64,000 nt of DNA from an uncultured virus (IMG/VR IMGVR_UViG_3300028372_000001) (Duplodnaviria > Heunggongvirae > Uroviricota > Caudoviricetes), in the IMG/VR virus record IMGVR_UViG_3300028372_000001; one strand, given 5' to 3'. The notes under the pieces are model-generated. The model searched no databases. It was not told the DNA's origin and saw nothing but the letters and a program-made list of their open reading frames with translations. Of the stretch, positions 10,737 to 21,381 are shown piece by piece; position 1 is the first letter of the stretch, and each line of letters starts with the position of its first letter. Position numbers and translations under genes: made by a program.

Positions 10737-11804
10737 TTAGTCGAATATCCCGTTGAGTTGATTACTGACTCTGACGAATGTTGTGCGTTTGGTTAGTTCT
10801 TTCAATTCTCTCGCACCCACGTATGTGAGAGTGCTACGAATACCGCCAAGAATATCATCCACAACATGCGCTACCCTTCCTTTGTAAGGAACAAGGACTT
10901 CTTTCCCCTCTGCTGCACGATAATCATTCAGCCCCCCAGCAAACGCATCATTTGCTTTGCGAGAAGACATACCATAAAATTCTAAGTGAGTGACTGGTAG
11001 ATTACACCCGGCAGCATCACACACAATCCCGTTGTTATCAACGTGTACCCTCGTACCGCCAGATTCATCGGTTCCGGCAAGCATACCACCAATCATGACG
11101 AAATCTGCACCACCACCGAAAGCTTTTGCAATGTCTCCCGGTACCGTGCAGCCACCATCTGCGCAAATAAGCCCACGGAGACCGTGGGCAGCATCCGCAC
11201 ATTCAATAATCGCAGATAGTTGTGGGTAGCCCACACCAGTTTTCATTCTGGTTGTGCATACTGATCCCGGACCAATACCAATTTTTACACAATCGGCACC
11301 CCCTTTGAGCACTTCTTCTGTTTTTTCAGGAGTTACTACATTGCCCGCCATTATAAACGTGTCAGGCATAAGATCACGAAGACGCTTTACGCTATCCAAA
11401 AACTTCTCAGTATAGCCATTTGCTACATCGACGCAAACCATTCTGGGCCAGCGGAGAGCTATGCTTTTGAATATTTGAAGCTTATCAAAGTCACCCTCAC
11501 TAATACCCATTGAATAAAATGAGTAAAATTCATTTGCTATGAGATGGTCTACCACTTCCTCAATATGATAGTGCTTGTGGAGAGCAACTGCCATTTCATA
11601 TTCACTGAAAACGTTAGCCATTCCCACCGTACCAGTCGTATTCATATTTGCTGCCACTATGGGAATACCAACCCAGTCCCATCCCGCATGTTTCAGTTTA
11701 AAACTTCGTGTCAAGCTAACATCTGATCGTGAGGTTAGTGTTGAAGTCTTTGGTAGTATAAGCACATCCGAAAAGTCTAACTTAATATCTTCTATAATTC
11801 TCAT
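10737..11804 (-). CDS. guaC: GMP reductase
   Basis: [46 protein letters not shown]. Confidence 0.95.
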   Translation of the reverse strand: MRIIEDIKLDFSDVLILPKTSTLTSRSDVSLTRSFKLKHAGWDWVGIPIVAANMNTTGTVGMANVFSEYEMAVALHKHYHIEEVVDHLIANEFYSFYSMGISEGDFDKLQIFKSIALRWPRMVCVDVANGYTEKFLDSVKRLRDLMPDTFIMAGNVVTPEKTEEVLKGGADCVKIGIGPGSVCTTRMKTGVGYPQLSAIIECADAAHGLRGLICADGGCTVPGDIAKAFGGGADFVMIGGMLAGTDESGGTRVHVDNNGIVCDAAGCNLPVTHLEFYGMSSRKANDAFAGGLNDYRAAEGKEVLVPYKGRVAHVVDDILGGIRSTLTYVGARELKELTKRTTFVRVSNQLNGIFD

Positions 11805-11819
11805 ATAAATTTCCTATTG

Positions 11820-12227
11820 TTATATTTCATCGATAATAGCCATAAATTCTACGGAAGAAAAGAGCGCGATAATGAAACAGCTAAAAAAGACTATGGTTAG
11901 TAAAAAGTTTTCCTCCAGAAATGTTCCGACAATACAGTAACCCATTAATAGCATAGAATGGGCAAGCCCCAAAAACCCAAATTGTGATTTAAGGTTAAAT
12001 TCGCGTTGCAAGTGGGAGAAGAAGAAGAAGAGCATAAAACAACATGTAGCTGCAATACCTTCGCAAGGTATTGCAAGGGCATAGGGTATATCTTCGACTG
12101 TGAAGAAGAAGAGCATAGGTAGAATCAGAACCCCAAACACAATGGCTGTGAATCGAACAAGCTCAACTATAAAGTCATGTTGTATTAGGTCAAACTCCCT
12201 ATCATCATCGCCATAATCATCCATCAA
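11820..12227 (-). CDS. Four-TM membrane protein
   Basis: Four hydrophobic segments. Confidence 0.55.
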   Translation of the reverse strand: MMDDYGDDDREFDLIQHDFIVELVRFTAIVFGVLILPMLFFFTVEDIPYALAIPCEGIAATCCFMLFFFFSHLQREFNLKSQFGFLGLAHSMLLMGYCIVGTFLEENFLLTIVFFSCFIIALFSSVEFMAIIDEI

Positions 12228-12679
12228 TCGGCGCTCCTACAGCGCTTCAAGAACTGAACAAGCGGGAACTCATCCATTTCACGATCATTGTTTGTATATC
12301 CTTGGTTGCGCAAAATATCACGCTGATGGTCGATGTCATAGATTGTTCTCGGATCAAGAATCAAACCAAATGCAGTCATCTGGTCGTAAAAGTCGGGTTC
12401 CACGAAATGCGCTACTTCGAAATCATACTTTTCTCCGAGAGTAATCATTTCTGCGTAATTGCTCTGAAACATAGTGCCGGTCCCACCATTAAGCAACCGA
12501 ATAGCCTTGTGGCTGCTAGCCCACTCATATGCCATAGAATCGGGCATATCAGATTGAGCACCGTGCCCCTGATATTTCACAAACAATTCGGCTACAACAT
12601 GGGCGGACTGAATACCGACTTGAATGGTTCTGAGATATCCGTGAGTCCAGATATATGCTGCAGGAGACAGATTATACAT
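12224..12679 (-). CDS. Peptidyl-tRNA hydrolase II (Pth2)-like phage protein
   Basis: GIQSAHVV, W...HK.I.LL, F.EPD....TA pattern. Confidence 0.55.
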   Translation of the reverse strand: MYNLSPAAYIWTHGYLRTIQVGIQSAHVVAELFVKYQGHGAQSDMPDSMAYEWASSHKAIRLLNGGTGTMFQSNYAEMITLGEKYDFEVAHFVEPDFYDQMTAFGLILDPRTIYDIDHQRDILRNQGYTNNDREMDEFPLVQFLKRCRSAD

Positions 12680-12681
12680 AA

Positions 12682-13215
12682 TTATTCCTCGTATGTGTTT
12701 TCTCTTAATGAGAATGGACCTAACTCTAGTATTATCTCATTATCGTGTCTACCAGCAAAGTGCTTTTCGCTGTCAAACAGCAAACGATTAGACATTTTTG
12801 CCCCACCCAGATCGCGAGCCAATGATGCAAACATGCCCCAAGATGGACCGTTGTCCTCGGTAATGGTTGTGTGTATATTATGAATGTCTTCATAGCCGCG
12901 AGTGAGAATATCCATTATCATGGCTTTTCCAAGCCCCATCCCTCTAGCTTTTGGAGACACCGCAACTTGCCATATAAACAAGGTGTTGTCTGAATTGGGG
13001 ACCATATATCCTGATATAAACCCCCACAGTTCCCCGTTAGGGCACTCGACGGCACATGAAGTGTCTCGGAAATGGAACGTTTGAAGTAAGTTGCAATAGC
13101 GAGAATTTACATCCAACGGATCACACTCTTTGATTAGACGGAAAACCGTTGGCCCGTCCCCCGGATGCGGTGGACGTATACGCATATCTTCAAGAACATA
13201 TAGTTTTTCTGTCAT
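12682..13215 (-). CDS. ectA: L-2,4-diaminobutyrate acetyltransferase (EctA-like GNAT)
   Basis: C.PLD.NS.YCNLLQ..HF.DT, GFISGY, LFIWQVAV...ARG.GLG, TTIT.DN..SW.MF, HFAG.H..E. Confidence 0.85.
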   Translation of the reverse strand: MTEKLYVLEDMRIRPPHPGDGPTVFRLIKECDPLDVNSRYCNLLQTFHFRDTSCAVECPNGELWGFISGYMVPNSDNTLFIWQVAVSPKARGMGLGKAMIMDILTRGYEDIHNIHTTITEDNGPSWGMFASLARDLGGAKMSNRLLFDSEKHFAGRHDNEIILELGPFSLRENTYEE

Positions 13216-13293
13216 GATTATCCTTTACCATAAATAGTTATATGGCAGTATTATATCAAGTTGCCAAATGAAAAACAAGCTTAGGAGCTTACA

Positions 13294-14220
13294 ATGAGTC
13301 ATTTGAACGATCTTTTAGTCGAATATGATGTTTACCGTAAGGGAATGCGCGAGGACGATGGCATCAACATGGATGACGAGGACGAATTTGAATTTGACCT
13401 TGACGCATCTGATGATGATGAGCCAGATATGGGTATGGATGATGAGCCAGATATGGATTTGGATGATGAGCCAGATATGGATTTGGATGATGACGATGAT
13501 GGTGAGCTTGACGCGTTAGATTTCGATGACGAGGAAGAAGACGAGGAAGAGTTTGATGATGAGAGTGAAAGCCTTGAAGATCGTATAGATGATCTGGAAT
13601 CGAAATTGACTCAAGTCCTAAGTCAAATGGCTGCGGTTGTTGCAGACAAAATGGATACCGACGATGACATTGATGGCGAAATCATACCCAACGATGGTGG
13701 GGACGATGATGACATGGATATGGACGATGATGACATGGATATGGACGATCCCGATGACATGGATATGGGTGACAAAGAAGTTACCGAATATGAAGACCGT
13801 TTGCCACCAGCAGGCGATATGGACGATTCTGATTTTGAGGCAGACGGTAAGTTTGATATCAAGCCGTATGGTGCCATTAACCGTAAGCGTCTAGCACGTC
13901 GCCGTGGGCGCTATGCAAAGCATCGGTACACGGAAGAGGCTGATCCTACTGATGATGATGGGGAAGACATATATGGTTTCCTTCAAGCAATACACGCGCT
14001 GGGTGGTCAAAAATGCGATACTCCAATCAAGCTAAAAATAACTGATTATGATTCTCGCAAAAAAATAGATAAACTTCTAGTCCGTTACGCGGAATTGAAG
14101 GGGGGTGAATTAGATAAGGATGAACATCTAGAAGATGCATTCTTCTTCTGCATCACCGGTGAAGCTGCTTCTAAGGCAAAAGAACTAGAAAGAATGTGGC
14201 GCAATAGCGACAAGCTTTAA
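13294..14220 (+). CDS. Highly acidic low-complexity protein (possible scaffold or internal head protein)
   Basis: D/E-rich 21-bp repeats DDEPDMD; late promoter. Confidence 0.55.
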   Translation: MSHLNDLLVEYDVYRKGMREDDGINMDDEDEFEFDLDASDDDEPDMGMDDEPDMDLDDEPDMDLDDDDDGELDALDFDDEEEDEEEFDDESESLEDRIDDLESKLTQVLSQMAAVVADKMDTDDDIDGEIIPNDGGDDDDMDMDDDDMDMDDPDDMDMGDKEVTEYEDRLPPAGDMDDSDFEADGKFDIKPYGAINRKRLARRRGRYAKHRYTEEADPTDDDGEDIYGFLQAIHALGGQKCDTPIKLKITDYDSRKKIDKLLVRYAELKGGELDKDEHLEDAFFFCITGEAASKAKELERMWRNSDKL

Positions 14221-14909
14221 GGTCTGAGAACCTTCAAATAGACACCCGGTTCATATGGTTCAGGGAGACAAACCGTAGCCGGGTCGTGGAATAGATTCAT
14301 CCCATTGTCCATATAGATGCGATTTTTTCGCAACGCAATAATGGGTCCACCCTTTTTCATGCTATGTCCATGAATTACGATCTTTCTGTAGTCCGTATAA
14401 GTTTCTGGATCACGATGGAATTCCCACATCATGTCGTGTGCGTTTTGCTGAGCTAATGGAATATTAGGATCAATACCTGCATGGACAAACACATAATCGG
14501 GATCATGTGCAATCAACGGCAGGGCATCTATCCACTCAACATATTTGTCCAAAGCACCCGCATAAAATTCGCCCACCGTTACTCCGAAGGCAGCAAGTGT
14601 TTCTTCTCCACCGTGAAACTGCCACATATCCATCGTTTTATAATCACGAGGGTTGTGACGGCAATAGGTCATGAAATCCTCATGGTTCCCCTTTAAGAAA
14701 ATGTGCTTAACATTCTCACGGTCCTCAAGGCCCATAACGAAATCCATCACACGCTTGCTATCTGGTCCACGATCAATGTAGTCACCAAGAAAGACAATAG
14801 TCCCCCCAAACGCGGGGTCAATCCCAGCATCAATTTCTTCGATAATTCTGTCATAGAGTCTACGAGCATTCTCGTAATCCCCATGAATATCGCCAATAGG
14901 GAAGTACAT
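14217..14909 (-). CDS. Ser/Thr protein phosphatase (PPP/NinI-type metallophosphoesterase)
   Basis: GDIHG, GDYIDRG, GNHE, FVHAG, HGH. Confidence 0.9.
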   Translation of the reverse strand: MYFPIGDIHGDYENARRLYDRIIEEIDAGIDPAFGGTIVFLGDYIDRGPDSKRVMDFVMGLEDRENVKHIFLKGNHEDFMTYCRHNPRDYKTMDMWQFHGGEETLAAFGVTVGEFYAGALDKYVEWIDALPLIAHDPDYVFVHAGIDPNIPLAQQNAHDMMWEFHRDPETYTDYRKIVIHGHSMKKGGPIIALRKNRIYMDNGMNLFHDPATVCLPEPYEPGVYLKVLRP

Positions 14910-14927
14910 AGGTATTCTCCTGAATAA

Positions 14928-15218
14928 TTAAGTGCGAACGCTGTCTATTGCTTTTTTGACGTGGTTCGATATGCGGGCAGTATCGTTGCGGTAATTGATT
15001 TTGTCAAGTGTTGTGGGGTGATCTGGGTGAGGTTTGAAAGTGCATGCACCACCATCATCAACGTCAACAAAGAAGCGACCGATTTGTAGACCACCACGAT
15101 CTGTGACGGAGAACTCAACAGAGTCACCATCCATATCAATAGTAGCATCTTCTAACCTAAAGTGCAAACCATCTACATCAAACTTATCATGTAGACCTTT
15201 TAGTTCATTTAGTTTCAT
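14928..15218 (-). CDS. Hypothetical late protein
   Basis: MKLNEL start. Confidence 0.45.
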   Translation of the reverse strand: MKLNELKGLHDKFDVDGLHFRLEDATIDMDGDSVEFSVTDRGGLQIGRFFVDVDDGGACTFKPHPDHPTTLDKINYRNDTARISNHVKKAIDSVRT

Positions 15219-15291
15219 TTTACCGCGTCCATTGCACCGAGAATCCATAGTGTACGTTTGGTCACAAACAATCCTCTTTCAGGGATATTTA

Positions 15292-16410
15292 TCAGTAATA
15301 CTCGCTTTTATACTTCTGATAAAGAACGCGGTTCATGACTTTTGTAACTTCATCGATTGATACCGTGGGTGCAACATGATTATTGAACATATAATCCAGA
15401 GTGTCCTCGCTCGTTATATTGCCCACAATGTGCCCCTCCATATCATCTGGTGTGGCAATGCCAGTCGTAAAGATGATTTTGTCGCCACTGACCTTTATTT
15501 TAATCTCGTTTGAAATCAACGGCTCTAGAATTTCTTTAATCGGCTCAAGTGATTCGACAAATGGAATTACGAAACCTCTCGTATATTCAATAACTGGAGT
15601 GGTTTCACCATTTGACTCGAATCTCAGTTTGGAAATAAGATTAGGGCCATTGTTGTATGAACTCTTGATGATCGTATGTAAAACAATCGCCAATTTAGCA
15701 AGATTGACTCTACTTCCCTGAACATTAATAGCGCTCAGTACCTTTGCCAAATTATCTTCTTCTACTGCCCGCTTTGCCTCAACCTTATCTCGCATTTCAA
15801 TGACTTCGGGGTCATCTTTAAATTTATCGTATAGTCGATCAATTATGGCGTTGTGTTGGGGGGTAAGCAGTGTGCTTATCATAATATTCAGCAGAGGAAC
15901 AATATCAACATATTTATCATGGATAAGTTGATCATTTTCCTTATACTTCTCGATAATCTCCGCGTCGTCCATAATGAACATTGAACACGGCGCAACCTCT
16001 TGTAGCTTACCCGATCTAGATGGTGGGATTAGTGCAACCGTAAATATACGGGTATGCCTATCCGTAGAAAATAGTACTTCACCGTAACTCGAATACAGTT
16101 CGTCATTCAGAAATTCTTTCATGAATGCGCGGGCTACTTTAGAATATAATGCACTGTTCTTTTCCATAATCCATGCGTCGCTCTCGCTCACTACGGCAAT
16201 TTTTTTCATTTGCTCTAGTAGCGAAAGCTGATGGCAATGCCGCAAATCCTTACCCTCGAACTTTCGACCCTGCACATTTGCAAATCTCAAAGTAACCCAT
16301 GTAAGGAGGGATTTAAGTACCAATCGATCCTTACGCTGTGTAAAGTCACCATTTATGATTATAGATTGTTCTGTCATATTTGTATTTAGATTCTCGCTTG
16401 TTGTTTTCAT
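15292..16410 (-). CDS. Hypothetical protein
   Basis: 372-aa ORF in a co-oriented operon. Confidence 0.6.
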   Translation of the reverse strand: MKTTSENLNTNMTEQSIIINGDFTQRKDRLVLKSLLTWVTLRFANVQGRKFEGKDLRHCHQLSLLEQMKKIAVVSESDAWIMEKNSALYSKVARAFMKEFLNDELYSSYGEVLFSTDRHTRIFTVALIPPSRSGKLQEVAPCSMFIMDDAEIIEKYKENDQLIHDKYVDIVPLLNIMISTLLTPQHNAIIDRLYDKFKDDPEVIEMRDKVEAKRAVEEDNLAKVLSAINVQGSRVNLAKLAIVLHTIIKSSYNNGPNLISKLRFESNGETTPVIEYTRGFVIPFVESLEPIKEILEPLISNEIKIKVSGDKIIFTTGIATPDDMEGHIVGNITSEDTLDYMFNNHVAPTVSIDEVTKVMNRVLYQKYKSEYY

Positions 16411-16838
16411 AGAAAGTTACTTCCTCTTTTGAAACGGTTGAAATTTTCATCAACATCGAACCGACTAATAAATCCTTGGGCATCACCTATGGTTGATACT
16501 TTTGTTTGCATTTTTACATTTTTATTGGCTTCAACATCAACATCGTATGACATAAACTCAGCAGCCAAGCTTAATTCAGCAATACATGTTAGCACATCTA
16601 CTTGTAGTTTAGTATCTTCACATGCGACTATTCTTCCAAGACCAGCCCTGAATAGTCCATGTGCATCCGGCATTGTGCGAGCATAATCGCTACTAGCATT
16701 GTGAGCCTGTGTCATATGGGTGATTTCTGCTAGTGCAAATATTTCCAATAAACTAAGATCAGAGGTTATAAACTCTTCATTGAATTTGTATCGATATTTC
16801 GTCATCGTAATGAAAAAAATCTGTATTAAATGATTCAA
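16407..16838 (-). CDS. Hypothetical protein
   Basis: Overlaps the next start. Confidence 0.5.
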   Translation of the reverse strand: MNHLIQIFFITMTKYRYKFNEEFITSDLSLLEIFALAEITHMTQAHNASSDYARTMPDAHGLFRAGLGRIVACEDTKLQVDVLTCIAELSLAAEFMSYDVDVEANKNVKMQTKVSTIGDAQGFISRFDVDENFNRFKRGSNFL

Positions 16839-16868
16839 TGAGTTCGTTTATTTGATCTTCTATAGAAT

Positions 16869-17189
16869 TCATTCTTTGAGTTCCTTTATCTTGGCCTCAA
16901 TTTCCCTATGAACTACAAAAAGGTCTTGGTCGATCTTTTTTAGGGCTGGGATAATTACGGTGTTGATTAAATGCTTCTTATCAACCTCTGATAATTCATG
17001 AACATGGAGGTCATCAAAATCTAGCTCAAATGACACGCCGATAGGTTTGGAAATGACGTTAATACCACTTGTATCTTTATTGGTGAGCATCTCAGATGAT
17101 GTGACACCACTCGGCATATGGCTTTTAACAAAGTCCACAATTATTCTACCTACCGTTGTATCGCTAGTCTTACGTTTGAATAGATTCAT
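16869..17189 (-). CDS. Hypothetical protein
   Basis: Operonic ORF. Confidence 0.5.
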   Translation of the reverse strand: MNLFKRKTSDTTVGRIIVDFVKSHMPSGVTSSEMLTNKDTSGINVISKPIGVSFELDFDDLHVHELSEVDKKHLINTVIIPALKKIDQDLFVVHREIEAKIKELKE

Positions 17190-17192
17190 GTA

Positions 17193-17501
17193 TTACCCAA
17201 GGATGAAAAAATACCCAGCAAATCCCAAACACCCGAAGAAGAAAGCTGTGCATACGTAATAGTATATTCTCCTAAATTTATCGAACCAACTGGTCAGTCC
17301 AAGTTTAGTGTTGGGGCTTATGAACATTCCCAGAAAGAAAAATACTGAAGCAAACCCTAAGTGAGTTGCTGGGCTATTAGTTGGGTGTGACGCATATCCA
17401 TTAGCGGCGAGAATGCCCAAAGCAAATATAAGCAAGCTCAGGAAACCCAAGAATGCACTAATCGTATGCCGTTCAACTGAAGTAAAAGTATTGCTGGTCA
17501 T
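17193..17501 (-). CDS. Three-TM membrane protein
   Basis: Hydrophobic segments; sigma70 promoter upstream. Confidence 0.55.
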   Translation of the reverse strand: MTSNTFTSVERHTISAFLGFLSLLIFALGILAANGYASHPTNSPATHLGFASVFFFLGMFISPNTKLGLTSWFDKFRRIYYYVCTAFFFGCLGFAGYFFILG

Positions 17502-17537
17502 AGCGGTCTCCCGTATATGTATAGAATATGATATAAC

Positions 17538-18155
17538 CTATCTGTTGTCAAGGGGAATGTCATATCCAAATAATGCAATCTCTTTTTCACACATAGTCGC
17601 TACGGCTTCCTGAAATGCCGTGTTAGCGATTATTTCGCTTTCCATCACCTTGTATTTTTTAATCTTTTTATTAGCGTGTGGGAGCCTTTTGGGGGCTCTG
17701 AGCCCCATTGTGTCAAAGACTCTATCAATTTCAGCTTGGAAGTCATCAAAATTGATCATCATCAGGTTATCTGGAATCTGCCCATTGACTTCTATGAAGC
17801 TGAAAAAGTTTTCAGCGATACTGTGTTGCATATATTCTTCGATAGGTGGAAGCCTCTTGCGGTGCTTAAGTTCCGCATGCGCTTTGAGGTCGTGAACGTA
17901 CATTGAAGCATATCGAGCCCACGGGTTTCGTGCTACTGTAAAGATGTAGTATTCGGCCATATTGATTGGCTTAAAATCTTCATCTTTCTCATCGGGTAGC
18001 GCCAGCTTTTTATAAACCTGTTGCAACGTATGATGAGCACCGAACCTTCGATAAGGAGTTCCCACCTTACGGTTAGATTCCAACAAATTTTCGATGGTTG
18101 TGCCACCCGTCTTAGGTATATGAATGAAGATAATTTTGGGATCATGTATAATCAT
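17538..18155 (-). CDS. Sulfotransferase family 2 protein
   Basis: IFIHIPKTGGTTI (5'PSB) and FTVARNPWARYASMY (3'PB). Confidence 0.85.
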   Translation of the reverse strand: MIIHDPKIIFIHIPKTGGTTIENLLESNRKVGTPYRRFGAHHTLQQVYKKLALPDEKDEDFKPINMAEYYIFTVARNPWARYASMYVHDLKAHAELKHRKRLPPIEEYMQHSIAENFFSFIEVNGQIPDNLMMINFDDFQAEIDRVFDTMGLRAPKRLPHANKKIKKYKVMESEIIANTAFQEAVATMCEKEIALFGYDIPLDNR

Positions 18156-18163
18156 GGAGATAT

Positions 18164-18727
18164 TTATTCATGTTTCAGTTCTGTGATATGTGTCGATCCA
18201 ATGTCTGCAATCACGCTCTCTGCAAGGGCTTCATACTTAGTTCCACGGAACAACAAAAGGCGATTTGTAGCAGCTTCTTGTAGAACTATACTAAGGTTAA
18301 TTGCTACGCCAGTAAATAACACAATTGCATTGGAAGCCACCACCAATTCAACCATAGTCATTGTCGAGGTATCTATTTTGTTACCAGTCACCCCGCGTGC
18401 CATTGGGGAGTTACCAGCCAGAACATGCATATCACTATCAAGGCAGTTCCGCAATTCTTCCATTTGCTCAATAAGTGCTTGCATAGAAATGGAAAAATTA
18501 TCGGTTCTGAACGACTGAACTGTAAAACTATCACACTCCAGTGAAATTATAATCGCGTCGCCATTAAGCTCCCGTGTACTGTCGTTCCTATTGGCCAAAT
18601 CGGTACGAGTGTTGGTAAGCCGCCTCAACTTACTCGCAAATGTTGTTAGAGCCATACCATACCCCATAACAAATCCCACGACAACCCCTATGAACATTTC
18701 CACCATTTTATGCAGCCTCCTGCCCAA
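18164..18727 (-). CDS. Membrane-anchored hypothetical protein
   Basis: N-terminal TM segment. Confidence 0.5.
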   Translation of the reverse strand: MGRRLHKMVEMFIGVVVGFVMGYGMALTTFASKLRRLTNTRTDLANRNDSTRELNGDAIIISLECDSFTVQSFRTDNFSISMQALIEQMEELRNCLDSDMHVLAGNSPMARGVTGNKIDTSTMTMVELVVASNAIVLFTGVAINLSIVLQEAATNRLLLFRGTKYEALAESVIADIGSTHITELKHE

Positions 18728-19310
18728 TTATATTATCTTCCGCTTCTACAAATCGCCCACTAAGAACTTCTACAATAAGATTTTCAATCTCACCACCCTC
18801 ATCACCTTTCAGCAATAATATCATAGCACATTGTGTGTATTTCATAATGTATTGATTGAACATATCGTTAATTTGAACCAAATTAGCGATCACACCCCTA
18901 CTTGGATCATCATAATACACATATGGTCTGAGGGCAACCGCATCCATATATGCTCCCGACTCCAACATATCCTTAAACGCCATAAATGCCAGAATGTTGT
19001 CCGTAAGGCTGTTATTCTTAAAAATATAGCCCTTTTCAAGAATCATGTGCACATCCGGGTGATCGCCATTGGCCAGTCTAATCCAAAAATCAGTCTCAAG
19101 GGATTCTTTGAAATTTCTGGCATCGTGACGAAGGGTGAAGACGCTATAAAACAGGTTATGCGTTCTTTGAAGACGCCCGTCGTAAACCTGAATATATCGA
19201 TAACCGATGTATTCAATAATCATGCCCCCAAATATCATATAGACCATAGTAAGTATCAGGAAAAACATCATGAGTATATTAAACATGGTTATAATGTGGT
19301 GTAAGATCAT
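18708..19310 (-). CDS. Membrane-anchored paralog A (xxDFW family)
   Basis: N-terminal TM; FKESLETDFWIRLAN. Confidence 0.55.
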   Translation of the reverse strand: MILHHIITMFNILMMFFLILTMVYMIFGGMIIEYIGYRYIQVYDGRLQRTHNLFYSVFTLRHDARNFKESLETDFWIRLANGDHPDVHMILEKGYIFKNNSLTDNILAFMAFKDMLESGAYMDAVALRPYVYYDDPSRGVIANLVQINDMFNQYIMKYTQCAMILLLKGDEGGEIENLIVEVLSGRFVEAEDNIIGQEAA

Positions 19311-19364
19311 TGTATTATATCATCCATCTAAACAATATTGATGTAGTGATTGACAGTAACCACA

Positions 19365-19919
19365 TCACTTCCATGCCTCATCTAACTCTTCTTCCGTAAA
19401 ATATTTTGGCATAGTTTCTAAGATAGCACGATGAACCGCCCCACGCAACCCCACTGGCATACGTTTCATGTAAACAATTAGTGGGCGCAGGATCGCATTC
19501 ACGAAGAAGGCTTTGTCGGTAACTGCAAATCTATTTCCAGCCAGCACCAACCTTTGATAATAAACCAAACGCTCAAGAAGACTCATTTCACCAGTGTCAA
19601 TTTCATCATCGTTGGAAATAGATGGTAGCTTAGTATTAGCAACCAAAACCCAAAAATTGCTATTTAATGATTCAAGCAATTCTTTCCCATTAGAACGTGC
19701 GGAAAATTTAGATATGTATTGCGCTGGATGTACCCGGTAATCAGCAATGAACCGATTATCCCTCACGATGATAACGGTTCTATGGACGACGTTACTTTTT
19801 AGACTGCAAATTTTAATACAATCGAGACCATAACTCTCATAGCCCTCCCGCCATTGATGGTATGTCCGTGCAAAAAGAATTACCAATATAAAAATACTCA
19901 CAACAAATACAGTATTCAT
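19365..19919 (-). CDS. Membrane-anchored paralog B
   Basis: N-terminal TM; LLESLNSNFWVLVAN. Confidence 0.55.
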   Translation of the reverse strand: MNTVFVVSIFILVILFARTYHQWREGYESYGLDCIKICSLKSNVVHRTVIIVRDNRFIADYRVHPAQYISKFSARSNGKELLESLNSNFWVLVANTKLPSISNDDEIDTGEMSLLERLVYYQRLVLAGNRFAVTDKAFFVNAILRPLIVYMKRMPVGLRGAVHRAILETMPKYFTEEELDEAWK

Positions 19920-20626
19920 ATATTAGCCCTCCTTGCAATCTGATATACCACGTCATCACCAAACTGGTCTGCGCATTCAAACACTACAGTGTACAACTTT
20001 TTACAAAACCTTGGCCCCATTACGTCAAGTCGTTGTTCAAAGTTACACATTAGAGCAGAATGAATCGTATGATAATGATCATAGTCCGCAAAAGCATTTT
20101 TTTGATGATTAAGGTTAACAAACATAGCCATTTGCTTCGCAATAGCCATGCGTGAAATATCCAATGCCTCACCATCCATAACGGTGATTATGTCATTCTC
20201 AAAATTTAATGCCACAATCCAAAAATCATTATTCAGCGCCTTTATAAAATCAAGTACTTGGAGTTGTAGCAGGTACCCAGTATAATAATTCATACAATGA
20301 ATTATTGTACAATCTTTCCCAAAATTAAACCCAACGCTATATCGCGTATGGTGAAACACTCGCGTAAGTTTATGTTGAACGCAAAGTAGAATACATATAA
20401 TTGATGCAGTGGCAACATAATAATCCCATTGCTGAAAAAATGGGGTTTCGCGGAGTGGGATATGAAAATGTGCGTAAATGACACCTTGCAATCCATAAAA
20501 CACTTCCCAAAAAATAATATTGTAAGCAAAATAGATAACCCACGCCAGAATTTTCTTAGGGGTGGGTGATTCATATGGCGACCACCCCGTACTCTCTACT
20601 TTAAATCTAGGCCCAACTGTGATCAC
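19916..20626 (-). CDS. Membrane-anchored paralog C
   Basis: Two TMs; FIKALNNDFWIVALN. Confidence 0.55.
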   Translation of the reverse strand: MITVGPRFKVESTGWSPYESPTPKKILAWVIYFAYNIIFWEVFYGLQGVIYAHFHIPLRETPFFQQWDYYVATASIICILLCVQHKLTRVFHHTRYSVGFNFGKDCTIIHCMNYYTGYLLQLQVLDFIKALNNDFWIVALNFENDIITVMDGEALDISRMAIAKQMAMFVNLNHQKNAFADYDHYHTIHSALMCNFEQRLDVMGPRFCKKLYTVVFECADQFGDDVVYQIARRANI

Positions 20627-20791
20627 AATTATTCCTCCTAGAATGTAAGTTCGAATTCACTTTCAAGAAATTGCCGTATTTGATTTTGAAACTTATGGCC
20701 CCGACAAGCGCCCATATAATCGGATATGTGCTCTTCAAGTGAAGTGTAAATTTGATATAAGCGTTCATCACTATCCTGTGATGCAAAAACA

Positions 20792-21310
20792 CTAAATCTC
20801 ACATTTACTCCCACAGAATATACGTGTTGTGGGGGGCGGAAGGTCATCATAACTAACCTCTTCTGTCATGAATCTGCGAATAGCGACATACCGAACAACG
20901 TTCTCCAGCAAGCTGCTATTCTTCGAGTTCCAACCAAACTTAAACGTCGCCCGCACTAGAGCCTCTTCATGTTTGAAGACTTTAATCCAAAAATCGTGAT
21001 TGATGGAATGCATAAGCTCATTCACATTAGCATTACATACCTTGCTGTCAGTATGTTCATGATTGTGCAATGCAGAGTTGCTTTTAAGTAGAATGGGGTA
21101 TAGGACGCAGTGTTGAGACACTACACCTCCTACATAGGAACCCTTTCCACTAAGAGAGTTTAATGTACTGATAACATCATCATCATAATCATCATCAGTT
21201 ACGGACGTACTCTCTGGCGTGTTAGCAATGTTCCGGGTATGCTTATAACCAATAACATACCCAACGTAAATGCCAACCACGAGAGCAAGCAAAACATATA
21301 GTATGGGCAT
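20792..21310 (-). CDS. Membrane-anchored paralog D
   Basis: N-terminal TM; LMHSINHDFWIKVF. Confidence 0.55.
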   Translation of the reverse strand: MPILYVLLALVVGIYVGYVIGYKHTRNIANTPESTSVTDDDYDDDVISTLNSLSGKGSYVGGVVSQHCVLYPILLKSNSALHNHEHTDSKVCNANVNELMHSINHDFWIKVFKHEEALVRATFKFGWNSKNSSLLENVVRYVAIRRFMTEEVSYDDLPPPTTRIFCGSKCEI

Positions 21311-21381
21311 AAGTATTACTCCTTTGGAAAGGAGAATACCTATTCATGGGAGGTTTGTAAAGGCTTTAAGGACGAATGGTA

